Positions 7,938-15,744 of a stretch of DNA of 64,000 bases are shown here, piece after piece. Origin of the DNA: Candidatus Omnitrophota bacterium (lineage in GTDB: Bacteria > Omnitrophota > Gorgyraeia > Gygaellales > Profunditerraquicolaceae); assembly GCA_043823435.1 (NCBI GenBank), contig JBDRAV010000014.1, positions 10,765 to 74,764 on the forward strand, given 5' to 3'. The notes beneath the pieces were generated by a model. The model saw only the letters and a list, made by a program, of their open reading frames with translations, was not told the origin of the DNA and made no database searches. The translations under genes were made by a program, and so were the position numbers. Position 1 is the stretch's first letter, and each line of letters begins with the position of its first letter.

Positions 7938-9178
7938 TTAGGCGTAACTACTTCTGACTTGATATTGCTCATCGCTGAAACACCCAGGCCGAGCAATATC
8001 CAAAATAAGAGCCCGAGGTCCAGGGAATAGAATATCGTATCCACCCCCATCTGCACACAATAACCCAGCAATGCGGCAAGGCTCGCCAGCAATATATACC
8101 AAGAGAAACTCCTGTTGTTCTTACTGATTATTCTGATACCGCTGTAAAAAAAGAGAGCCGGTATAACTAAAAACGATACCAGGCCTACTGCCCCCATCTC
8201 CGCAAGCATCTGCAGGTAACAATTATGGGCATAGGATGGCCCATATTGGTAAGCCTCTGGCACAAAATCCTTAAAGTTAAACATGAACGTCCCCAGACCC
8301 AGCCCTATCCATGGTCTTACGATAAACATCTTCCACCCTGCCTCCCAGAATATCTTTCTCTCCACGCTTCCGGGGTCTTTGAAGCAAGAGACGTCAAATC
8401 CGACAAAGAAATTGTTTAACCGTTCCTTTATTAGTGCAGGATAAAACGGATGGGTAACCGTTATAAAAAACGCAAGCAGCAAAAAGAATAGACCAAGATG
8501 ATATATCCATAACCCCAAAAATAACGCGGATGCCGCAAATCCATACCACGCCCCCCTTGAAACCGTCATCATCAGGCAGGTAAAAAGAAGAAAAAAAAGC
8601 CCCCCTAACAGTAACCTACCAGTCCTGGAGCGCAATTTAGTAACAAGAAAGGTCACTAAGAATGGCATTACGGCTATAAGATAACAGCCAAAATCATTAG
8701 GCGTAAGGAATGATGCGTAAATGCGCTTGACGAATATGGCTGGGCGGTGACGCAGGAAATCCTTGTGCGTAAAATACTGGTATATTCCGTCTATTCCGAC
8801 TACAGCCGAAGAAAAAAACATGATATAAAGAAAATTCCGGATCTTCTTTTCGCTGTTAAGCGCGTCTATCAGGACGAAAAAGAATAATACATTCTGCACT
8901 ATCTTGCCGTAAAATGTCCTAGCGCTGATCCCGTAATTAACGCTTGTAAAAACCGAGACGAAACATATGCCTAAATAAACAAGTATCGCGGAATTAAGGT
9001 ATGACCTCGGGAGACTTTCTTTGCGCAGGAACATTTTTAACACGTAACATACGATGGCCAAGGTACTGCATATTTCGATAGCGGCCTTGGAAATTGGAAA
9101 AAGAAGCGCCATGCTGTAAAGCGAGAATATAATTATCCTGTCTAAGGTATTAATTAATCTCGTCTTGTCCCAAACCAT
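7934..9178 (-). CDS. O-antigen ligase/polymerase family (Wzy_C domain) polytopic membrane protein
   Basis: 414 aa with at least 10 TM helices. It carries the characteristic loop MMTVSRGAWYGFAASALFLGL. The SD-like GAAGAGGA lies 8 nt before the ATG at 9178. Confidence 0.7.
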   Translation of the reverse strand: MVWDKTRLINTLDRIIIFSLYSMALLFPISKAAIEICSTLAIVCYVLKMFLRKESLPRSYLNSAILVYLGICFVSVFTSVNYGISARTFYGKIVQNVLFFFVLIDALNSEKKIRNFLYIMFFSSAVVGIDGIYQYFTHKDFLRHRPAIFVKRIYASFLTPNDFGCYLIAVMPFLVTFLVTKLRSRTGRLLLGGLFFLLFTCLMMTVSRGAWYGFAASALFLGLWIYHLGLFFLLLAFFITVTHPFYPALIKERLNNFFVGFDVSCFKDPGSVERKIFWEAGWKMFIVRPWIGLGLGTFMFNFKDFVPEAYQYGPSYAHNCYLQMLAEMGAVGLVSFLVIPALFFYSGIRIISKNNRSFSWYILLASLAALLGYCVQMGVDTIFYSLDLGLLFWILLGLGVSAMSNIKSEVVTPK

Positions 9179-10988
9179 CTATTATATCCTCTTCGTCCAA
9201 AATGCCCTTTATTTTTCTGTAAGAGACGCCACAATCGCGGCATATCCTAGTGATATCGTGAAATATCTGCATGCTAATAGAAGGAACTGCGATGATCACC
9301 TCTTCTATATTATGCTCGCGAACAAGCTCCCTGATCGAATCCCTCGCGCCGAGAACAGGTATGCCCTGTATCTTATAGCCTGTCTTTGAAGGGTTATCAT
9401 CTATGAAACCGACCAGATTGTAGTTAAGCGTCTTGTTTCTCTTTATCTCCCTTACCGCCAGTTCACCAGCATCCCCTGCCCCAAATATCAATATGTTCTT
9501 CCCCTCTTTGCGCACGCGGCTGAACAGTTCGCCCAGCACCCTGAACAATATCCTTGAGCCGGCAACGAGAAAAAGCAGAAGAAGCCAGTCTATGAAAAAG
9601 ACCACCCTCGAAAAGCCCTTGAACCTGAATAAGAAGGTGAAGATTATCACGGAAAAAGCAGAAGCCAGAGTAACCGCCTTGAATACGGTGATCAGGTCCG
9701 ATACGCTTATATATTTCCATACCCCGCGGTAAAGCCCCAGCATATAAAAAACTGATATTTTTATCAAGATGAGCCATACGATGGACCTCTCCGCCAACTG
9801 CAGGTTAACCGCTAATATCGGGCTTTCAAAACGCAAGAAATAAGCCGAGTAATACGCAACGCAGATAAACACCAAGTCAAACAAAACCTCCATTATCCTG
9901 CGTTTATATAATAACATATTGTTCAGGATGGTCTTGCTGTTCCTTAACTCCTGCCATTTCTTATAGTCTATAAGTTCATTGTTATAGGAGACCGAATCGG
10001 ATAGAAAAAACCCGAAAAATAACAATATTACGATGGCTAGGAACGCGATGACCGAGATGACAAAGAGGTCTATTCGGGAATACGAAAGCGCGATAATTCC
10101 GAAAGCTATGCTTATGACATAGAGGAGGAATACGGTCTTGCGCGGCGACAACCCCAGGGCTATAAGCCGGTGCGAAGTATGGTCGGTGCCTCCTTCAAAG
10201 ATCTTTTTACCGCTAAGCCTCCTCATGATCATTACGAATATAGTATCGAAGATGGGGACACTCAGGATAAATACGGGGATAAGGATAGTAGCAAAGAGGT
10301 TGGATATATGGCGTCCCGTACCGCTTATTGAGATAACGGCAAGGGAATACCCCAAGAACATACTCCCTGAATCGCCCATAAAGATCTTGGCGGGGTTTAA
10401 ATTATAGGGCAGGAACCCTAATGCGGCTGCGGCCAAAACCAGGCTGAATACCCCAAGCAGATTATTATTGGCGAAAATCAGTGATGAGAAGAATATCATC
10501 AGAGAAGATATGGCGGCGATGCCTGCCGCCAAGCCGTCGATATTGTCGAGGAGATTGAAGGAGTTCGTCACCCCCACTATCCATATCAAAGTCAGTGGTA
10601 TGGTTATACTGTTGCTGACCGGCAGCCCGATTATGGCTCCGAAAGATACGGCGATACAAGCAGCAATGATCTGCAGGAACAATTTAGTGTAAGGCTTGAT
10701 ATGCTTTTTATCATCGATAAGGCCGACGAGGAACAGAAAGGTTGCGCCGAAAAAGAGACCTAGAGTGCTTTTGTTTACGCTACCAATTAAGAAAGCGGAG
10801 ATTATAGAAGCCAAGTATATGCTTATGCCGCCAAGGACTGCAGTAGGGTGCTTATGCCAGCGGTCGGCGCGTGGATATGATACTAGCCCCCTTTTTACCG
10901 CGAACAGCCGCACGGCAGGGGTAAAAATAAGGCTTAAGGTAAAAGATATCAGAAAAATAACTAGATTGTGTATGGTTTGATTTTCCAT
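9150..10988 (-). CDS. polyprenyl-phosphate N-acetylhexosamine-1-phosphate transferase (WecA/MraY family) fused to a WbaP/CapD-type N-terminal membrane + Rossmann module
   Basis: aa 1-~330 carry the PNPT motifs FNLLDNIDGLAAG, FMGDSGSMFLGY and DHTSHRL. aa ~370-612 have 4 TM helices, YRGVWKYISVSDL and ILIFGAGDAGELAVREI..LVGFIDDNP..IQGIPVLG. No dehydratase or PHPT catalytic domain follows. Confidence 0.8.
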   Translation of the reverse strand: MENQTIHNLVIFLISFTLSLIFTPAVRLFAVKRGLVSYPRADRWHKHPTAVLGGISIYLASIISAFLIGSVNKSTLGLFFGATFLFLVGLIDDKKHIKPYTKLFLQIIAACIAVSFGAIIGLPVSNSITIPLTLIWIVGVTNSFNLLDNIDGLAAGIAAISSLMIFFSSLIFANNNLLGVFSLVLAAAALGFLPYNLNPAKIFMGDSGSMFLGYSLAVISISGTGRHISNLFATILIPVFILSVPIFDTIFVMIMRRLSGKKIFEGGTDHTSHRLIALGLSPRKTVFLLYVISIAFGIIALSYSRIDLFVISVIAFLAIVILLFFGFFLSDSVSYNNELIDYKKWQELRNSKTILNNMLLYKRRIMEVLFDLVFICVAYYSAYFLRFESPILAVNLQLAERSIVWLILIKISVFYMLGLYRGVWKYISVSDLITVFKAVTLASAFSVIIFTFLFRFKGFSRVVFFIDWLLLLFLVAGSRILFRVLGELFSRVRKEGKNILIFGAGDAGELAVREIKRNKTLNYNLVGFIDDNPSKTGYKIQGIPVLGARDSIRELVREHNIEEVIIAVPSISMQIFHDITRICRDCGVSYRKIKGILDEEDIIDGLGQDEIN

Positions 10989-11058
10989 AACTTAATATTA
11001 TAGCACAAAGCTTAAATTTTCTATTATAGTTTTTTCGCCGGATGACTTGTGCGGTTTC

Positions 11059-12258
11059 TTATGGAAGGTTGAGGATGCGGGTGTATAGATCTTCGATATC
11101 CCGGATCAATCTTTCTTTACTAAATCCATCTTTCACAAAATCCCTTGCAGCTTCCCCCATGCTTTTACGCAACGCACTATCCCGCGCTACAAACCCCAGC
11201 GCAGCGGCAAAGGCCTTGGCATCATCAGGCCTGACCATTATTCCCCTTTCCATGATACTGAACCCATAAGAGATACCTTCTTCCCTGCCCGTATCCTGCC
11301 CTAGTAGGTCCCTTACTCCTCCGACATCAGTGGCTACTACGGCTCTTGCCGAAGCCATCGCCTCTATCAATGATACCGGCGTCCCCTCATTCCTAGAGGT
11401 AAGTGCGACTATATCCAGGTCAGAATAGATAACGGGAAGGTCCCTCTGCCATCCTGCCAGCTCCACGTATTTGTCGATACCCAGTTTTCGCGCGCGTTCT
11501 TCCAAATCCCCCCTTAACTCCCCATCACCAATAATCTTGAACCTTGCTCTGATATCCTTGTTGACGGCCATAAATCCGGAGACGGCCTCAAGGAATAACC
11601 GGTGGTTCTTAATCGGCACAATCCTGCCTACGATGCCGACATTCAAGCCAATGTTATCCTTAGGTGGTATCTTTAAGAATCTGTCCAACTCAAAGCCTAA
11701 AGGGATAACCTCTATCTTCCCCTCACCGGCAATGCCAAGTTCCATAAGCTCTTCCCTTACTGAGTCGCTCACGGTTATGATCTTATGGGTGAAACGCGCC
11801 AACAACTTCTCAACAAAGATAAAGATTCTGGTCTGGATCTTATTAAAATATCCTCCAAAGACATGCCCATGAAAGGTGTGTATAATGATAACGCGCTTAC
11901 GCGAAAAACGCCGGAGATTGTAGAATATGGCGGCAAGCCTCCCTAAAGTTCCCGCTTTGGCTGTGTGCGTATGGATTATATCGGGTTCCTGTGAGCGAAT
12001 GATCTTATATATCTTTATGAACGCGGTTATGTCGTTAAAAAGATTAAGTTTGCGCGTAAGTTCCGGGATAAAAACTGGTTTTACCTCCTTGTCGAGCGCG
12101 TAATAAGACATATCCCCTTCATCTTTGGCGACTCTTCCGCAGACGAGGAGTGATTGGAACCCGGATCTGTTCAGTCCTTCGGTAAGAAGGACCGTATGTA
12201 TCGCCGGGCCTCCAATATTGAGGCGGGCGATAACCCTTAATATTTTTATCTTTTTCAT
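11059..12258 (-). CDS. glycosyltransferase, GT-B fold (GT4-like)
   Basis: N-terminus KILRVIARLNIGGPAIH and C-terminal E-x7-E block SRNEGTPVSLIEAMASARAVVATDVGG. Confidence 0.85.
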   Translation of the reverse strand: MKKIKILRVIARLNIGGPAIHTVLLTEGLNRSGFQSLLVCGRVAKDEGDMSYYALDKEVKPVFIPELTRKLNLFNDITAFIKIYKIIRSQEPDIIHTHTAKAGTLGRLAAIFYNLRRFSRKRVIIIHTFHGHVFGGYFNKIQTRIFIFVEKLLARFTHKIITVSDSVREELMELGIAGEGKIEVIPLGFELDRFLKIPPKDNIGLNVGIVGRIVPIKNHRLFLEAVSGFMAVNKDIRARFKIIGDGELRGDLEERARKLGIDKYVELAGWQRDLPVIYSDLDIVALTSRNEGTPVSLIEAMASARAVVATDVGGVRDLLGQDTGREEGISYGFSIMERGIMVRPDDAKAFAAALGFVARDSALRKSMGEAARDFVKDGFSKERLIRDIEDLYTRILNLP

Positions 12259-12295
12259 TTGATAAGGGAAAAATGGTAAGGCCTTACGGGAAGTT

Positions 12296-13264
12296 TCAGG
12301 ATTTTGCGCTTTTTAAATATGCTACAATATCCTTAATAATCTCCTTCAGAGTGGAAGTTGGCTTAAAGCCGATCAACCTATTAATCTTGCAGATATCAGG
12401 AACCCTACGCTGCATATCTTCAAAGCCTTCTTCGTAAGCTTTCTCATAGGGAATATACTCTATTGTGGAATTACTTTTGGTGCTCTTGATTATCTCCTCC
12501 GCCAGCTGCTGGATAGTGATCTCTTCCTGGCTACCGATATTGAATACTTCGCCTAAGGCCTTGGGCTCCTTAATGATTTTGGTCAGCGCCGAGACCGCGT
12601 CTTTGACGTGCAAAAAACACCGGGATTGCTTGCCGGTTCCGTATACGGTAATCGGTTCGCTTCTTAATGCCTGTGAAATAAAACGCGGCATAACCATACC
12701 GTAAGAACCTGTCTGGCGCGGCCCTACGGTATTAAAAAGGCGTACTATGATAGCGGGTAATTTCTTTTCCTTCCAGTAAATATAGGCGAGCATCTCGTCA
12801 ACTGCCTTGGCCGTCGAATAACTCCAGCGGCTCTTTAAAGGAGATCCGAGGATCCTGTCGTCGTCTTCTTTAAGCGGTCCGTTGACATTCTTACCGTATA
12901 TTTCGGAGGTAGAGGCAATCAATATCTTGCGCCTGTACCTAAGGGATGATTCCAGGACTATCTCGCTTCCTTTTATATTGGTAGTAAGGGACTCAAGCGG
13001 CTTCTTGACGATCAGGTCCACGCCTACTGCGGCTGCCAGATGAAAAATAGAATCGACCTTTTCAACGAGTTTATCTACGAGGTTGGCATCCAGGATATCC
13101 CCTTCAACGAATGTAAAACTTTTGTCATTTATCAGGTGTTCGACATTCTCGTATCTGCCCGTGGAAAGATTATCCAGGATGATTACCTCGTTATTGGCGG
13201 CAACCAACGCCTCTGTCAAATGCGAACCGATAAAACCTGCGCCTCCGGTGATCAAAAACTTCAT
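12296..13264 (-). CDS. NAD-dependent sugar-nucleotide epimerase/dehydratase (extended SDR; UXS/ArnA-C-like)
   Basis: MKFLITGGAGFIGSHL, STSEIYG, and the catalytic YSTAKAVDE (YxxxK). Confidence 0.85.
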   Translation of the reverse strand: MKFLITGGAGFIGSHLTEALVAANNEVIILDNLSTGRYENVEHLINDKSFTFVEGDILDANLVDKLVEKVDSIFHLAAAVGVDLIVKKPLESLTTNIKGSEIVLESSLRYRRKILIASTSEIYGKNVNGPLKEDDDRILGSPLKSRWSYSTAKAVDEMLAYIYWKEKKLPAIIVRLFNTVGPRQTGSYGMVMPRFISQALRSEPITVYGTGKQSRCFLHVKDAVSALTKIIKEPKALGEVFNIGSQEEITIQQLAEEIIKSTKSNSTIEYIPYEKAYEEGFEDMQRRVPDICKINRLIGFKPTSTLKEIIKDIVAYLKSAKS

Positions 13265-13299
13265 CTAATCTTCCTTTCTTAGAAATTTATCCTATTGTA

Positions 13300-14265
13300 T
13301 CAATTCTTTCCGGCAATTACAATAATATTAGAAGCGAAATATCCCACACGGCCAAACCTCAATAAGAATTCTATTTTAGATGTCCAGTAGAATAATACCC
13401 TCAAGATGTAGTTTTTCGGATCCATTGTCCATGGGCTCGGATACTGATAGTATTGTCCGACGTGTTTATGCCACGCCGGAAGCTGAATAGGCTCTCCGAT
13501 AGTAAGCTTCTTTATCCTGAACCCGCATTCACGCAAGATCCGTACCAAGGTCTCCTGCGTATAATGAGTGAGGTGCTCGTAAGAATCAAAGATATCGTAT
13601 TTATTCAGCTTGCCTGTGTCTCTTGCCATCCATAACTTCAACAGGTTGTATCTGCCGTTAGGGACCTTGATGAGCATTATGCCGTCATCTTTCATTAGTT
13701 TACGTATGCGGGAAAGCATCTTTTTCGGCTCCGCTATATGCTCAAAGACATCTATAAGCGTGACGACATCAAATGATTTATCTCTGAAATCAATATCATC
13801 CAAATAGCCCGTCTTTATATTCAGGCCGTAATATTTACGCGCCATCTCCGAAAGAACCGGAGAAGGCTCAACCCCCGTAACATTCCATCTCCTGCCGCGG
13901 GTATGCCGCAAGAAGGAACCCATATTCGTTCCGATATCAAGAAGATCCCCTGACGGCTTGATCCTTTCTATGCGTTTGAGGTCTTTCAGGTAATTATAGT
14001 CCCGGTGGTGCTTTGCTGCCCCATGGAATATCAGCCTCGCCTCTTCGTAGTATTTATCCGCGTCCCCACAATAATTCTTGTTGGGGTCCTTTACCATGGG
14101 ATTAGTGTATAGCAGGGAGCAATTACTGCAACGCACTACCCCGAGCGCTCCCCTTTCGGTATAAACGAGGTAATATTCTTTTCCCGCGCATAACGGACAA
14201 TCGCGCAAGACAACTTCCTCTTTCCCGTAATGCTCTTTCTGTAAACCACCCCTCTTATATTCCAT
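13300..14265 (-). CDS. class I SAM-dependent methyltransferase with N-terminal Cys4 zinc ribbon
   Basis: CPLCAGK..(17)..CSNCSLLY, then LLDIGTNMGSF (motif I) and FDVVTLIDVFEHI. Paralogous architecture to 56612..57532. Confidence 0.75.
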   Translation of the reverse strand: MEYKRGGLQKEHYGKEEVVLRDCPLCAGKEYYLVYTERGALGVVRCSNCSLLYTNPMVKDPNKNYCGDADKYYEEARLIFHGAAKHHRDYNYLKDLKRIERIKPSGDLLDIGTNMGSFLRHTRGRRWNVTGVEPSPVLSEMARKYYGLNIKTGYLDDIDFRDKSFDVVTLIDVFEHIAEPKKMLSRIRKLMKDDGIMLIKVPNGRYNLLKLWMARDTGKLNKYDIFDSYEHLTHYTQETLVRILRECGFRIKKLTIGEPIQLPAWHKHVGQYYQYPSPWTMDPKNYILRVLFYWTSKIEFLLRFGRVGYFASNIIVIAGKN

Positions 14266-14284
14266 AAACTTCTTCCTGTTAATG

Positions 14285-14848
14285 CTACAATCCCGCTAAA
14301 TATCCGGCAGCACGTAAAATAACGCTTCTTTTAATCGCCTCCCCCCATTCAGACATATGGCGCGGTATGAGTAAAGCGAGGAGAAATATCATCCCACATA
14401 TCCCGCAAAGGAAAACGCGGTATTTAACCTGAAAGCCCAATGCCAATGCCGCACAGGTAAAAGCAGAAACAGCGATAACTATACCCAATGTTCCGGGGTC
14501 GGAGAAATAATCCGCGCTATCAGTTGTTTTTAGTATTAGTTTACGGCTCAGGCTTGCTCTAAGCGATTGGAATAGATACGAATATACCTTTACGACAAAC
14601 AAAGCTATTCCCCGCAGTAACGCGCTGTTAATGATAGTTATTCTTAATCTCTGTATGTCGGGGACGATTACCTTTCTTAAATATGAAGCGGCGCATGCCG
14701 CTCCCAACGACCTGCCCATATCCAGGATAAATCTTCCTATCATGCTCTCCCTGAATGCCCCAAGGACAAATACGCAGATATCCCCCGAAACCTTATTCAA
14801 GGCGCGCAAAGACCAAAAAACCAAGCTCGTTTGAGAGTATCCGCTCAT
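14285..14848 (-). CDS. hypothetical membrane protein
   Basis: 187-aa ORF, coupled to the upstream gene by a TAATG overlap. It has hydrophobic helices near the C-terminus (IVIAVSAFTCAALALGF, LCGICGMIFLLALLI). No family recognised. Confidence 0.4.
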   Translation of the reverse strand: MSGYSQTSLVFWSLRALNKVSGDICVFVLGAFRESMIGRFILDMGRSLGAACAASYLRKVIVPDIQRLRITIINSALLRGIALFVVKVYSYLFQSLRASLSRKLILKTTDSADYFSDPGTLGIVIAVSAFTCAALALGFQVKYRVFLCGICGMIFLLALLIPRHMSEWGEAIKRSVILRAAGYLAGL

Positions 14849-15711
14849 TATCTCTCTTTAAGAGTGATTATCTTACCGGAAAAGGCATAGGTTTTCGTAA
14901 TGAATGAAAAGGTGTTTCCTATCTTTACCGCGCTATTATTGAAATAAAGGTCCCCACCTTTCTCCTGGCATAATATGGAAAATAATACCACCATCTCCAT
15001 CAAAAATGGGTGATCTATGGCTTTAAGCATCCCGCTGCTGGGCATGAAAGCCAGGAACTCCGAAGGGCTCGTTTCTACGATTCGATCCACCACCGCGATA
15101 GTATGCCCTGATAGGTCATTCTCCACATCGCCCTCCTTAATTATTCTTATCAATTCGGAGTTTATTGAATCGAATTTTACCTCTATCTGCGCCCATTTTT
15201 CTTTTGGCTTTTCTCTGGTCGGTTCCGGGACGAACTCCACGCAATAACCATTCGCCGCGAATAATAGCGGGATAGCAAGGAAGACCTGCTGGTCATTATA
15301 GAGAAGATCACGCCCCCTTATCTCTACCTTAAGCTTGAGTTTCGCCGGTATCATCTTCGAAGTGTTCTCTATGCTCTTTATCTGCGCTTCGCCTCCTATA
15401 TTAAAAGAGGGTACGTATGCTGCCGGCTCTCCCAGCCAGGTTATTTCTCCAACCACCTCTCCTGTTTTATTTTTCTCCTTATCTCCGACCGTTATCTCTG
15501 ACATCAGTTCGGGATCTATCTTGACGAAATAACCCGGCAACTCTATTGCCGTAAATTCCCTCTCTTCCACATCGATCTTATCAGGCACCATTAAAGATGC
15601 CATGCACGAGACCAATACCGCAGGGATCAACAGCAGCAAAAAGATAAAGACCGCAAAATCAATAATATTGATCTTTCCGAATAACCTACCTCTATCATCC
15701 ACTATTTTCAT
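14848..15711 (-). CDS. hypothetical N-terminally anchored protein (N-terminus resembles DUF4330)
   Basis: MKIVDDRGRLFGKINIIDFAVFIFLLLLIP resembles, from memory, the DUF4330 N-terminus; the rest is beta-rich and unassigned. SD GGGAGGT lies 6 nt upstream of the start. Confidence 0.45.
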   Translation of the reverse strand: MKIVDDRGRLFGKINIIDFAVFIFLLLLIPAVLVSCMASLMVPDKIDVEEREFTAIELPGYFVKIDPELMSEITVGDKEKNKTGEVVGEITWLGEPAAYVPSFNIGGEAQIKSIENTSKMIPAKLKLKVEIRGRDLLYNDQQVFLAIPLLFAANGYCVEFVPEPTREKPKEKWAQIEVKFDSINSELIRIIKEGDVENDLSGHTIAVVDRIVETSPSEFLAFMPSSGMLKAIDHPFLMEMVVLFSILCQEKGGDLYFNNSAVKIGNTFSFITKTYAFSGKIITLKER

Positions 15712-15744
15712 GGCATTACCTCCCGCTATTATCCTGTATGGATT

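Noticed and set aside
8591-8605. Homopolymer tracts (A8 then C6 at 8591-8605; T8 at 19478-19485; A8 at 22881-22888; A8 at 36776-36783) as slipped-strand phase-variation switches in glycan genes
   Set aside because: Most encode Phe/Leu-rich TM segments (TTT TTT codons), or Lys codons in the case of 19478-19485. Eight-base A/T runs are expected in this moderately AT-rich coding sequence. There is no evidence of length heterogeneity from a single sequence.
12276-12287. Perfect 12-bp palindrome GTAAGGCCTTAC followed by a short T run after the SDR gene stop, as a terminator
   Set aside because: As RNA it could form only a ~4-bp stem around a GGCC loop, which is too weak. The next gene starts 17 nt later and is probably co-transcribed.
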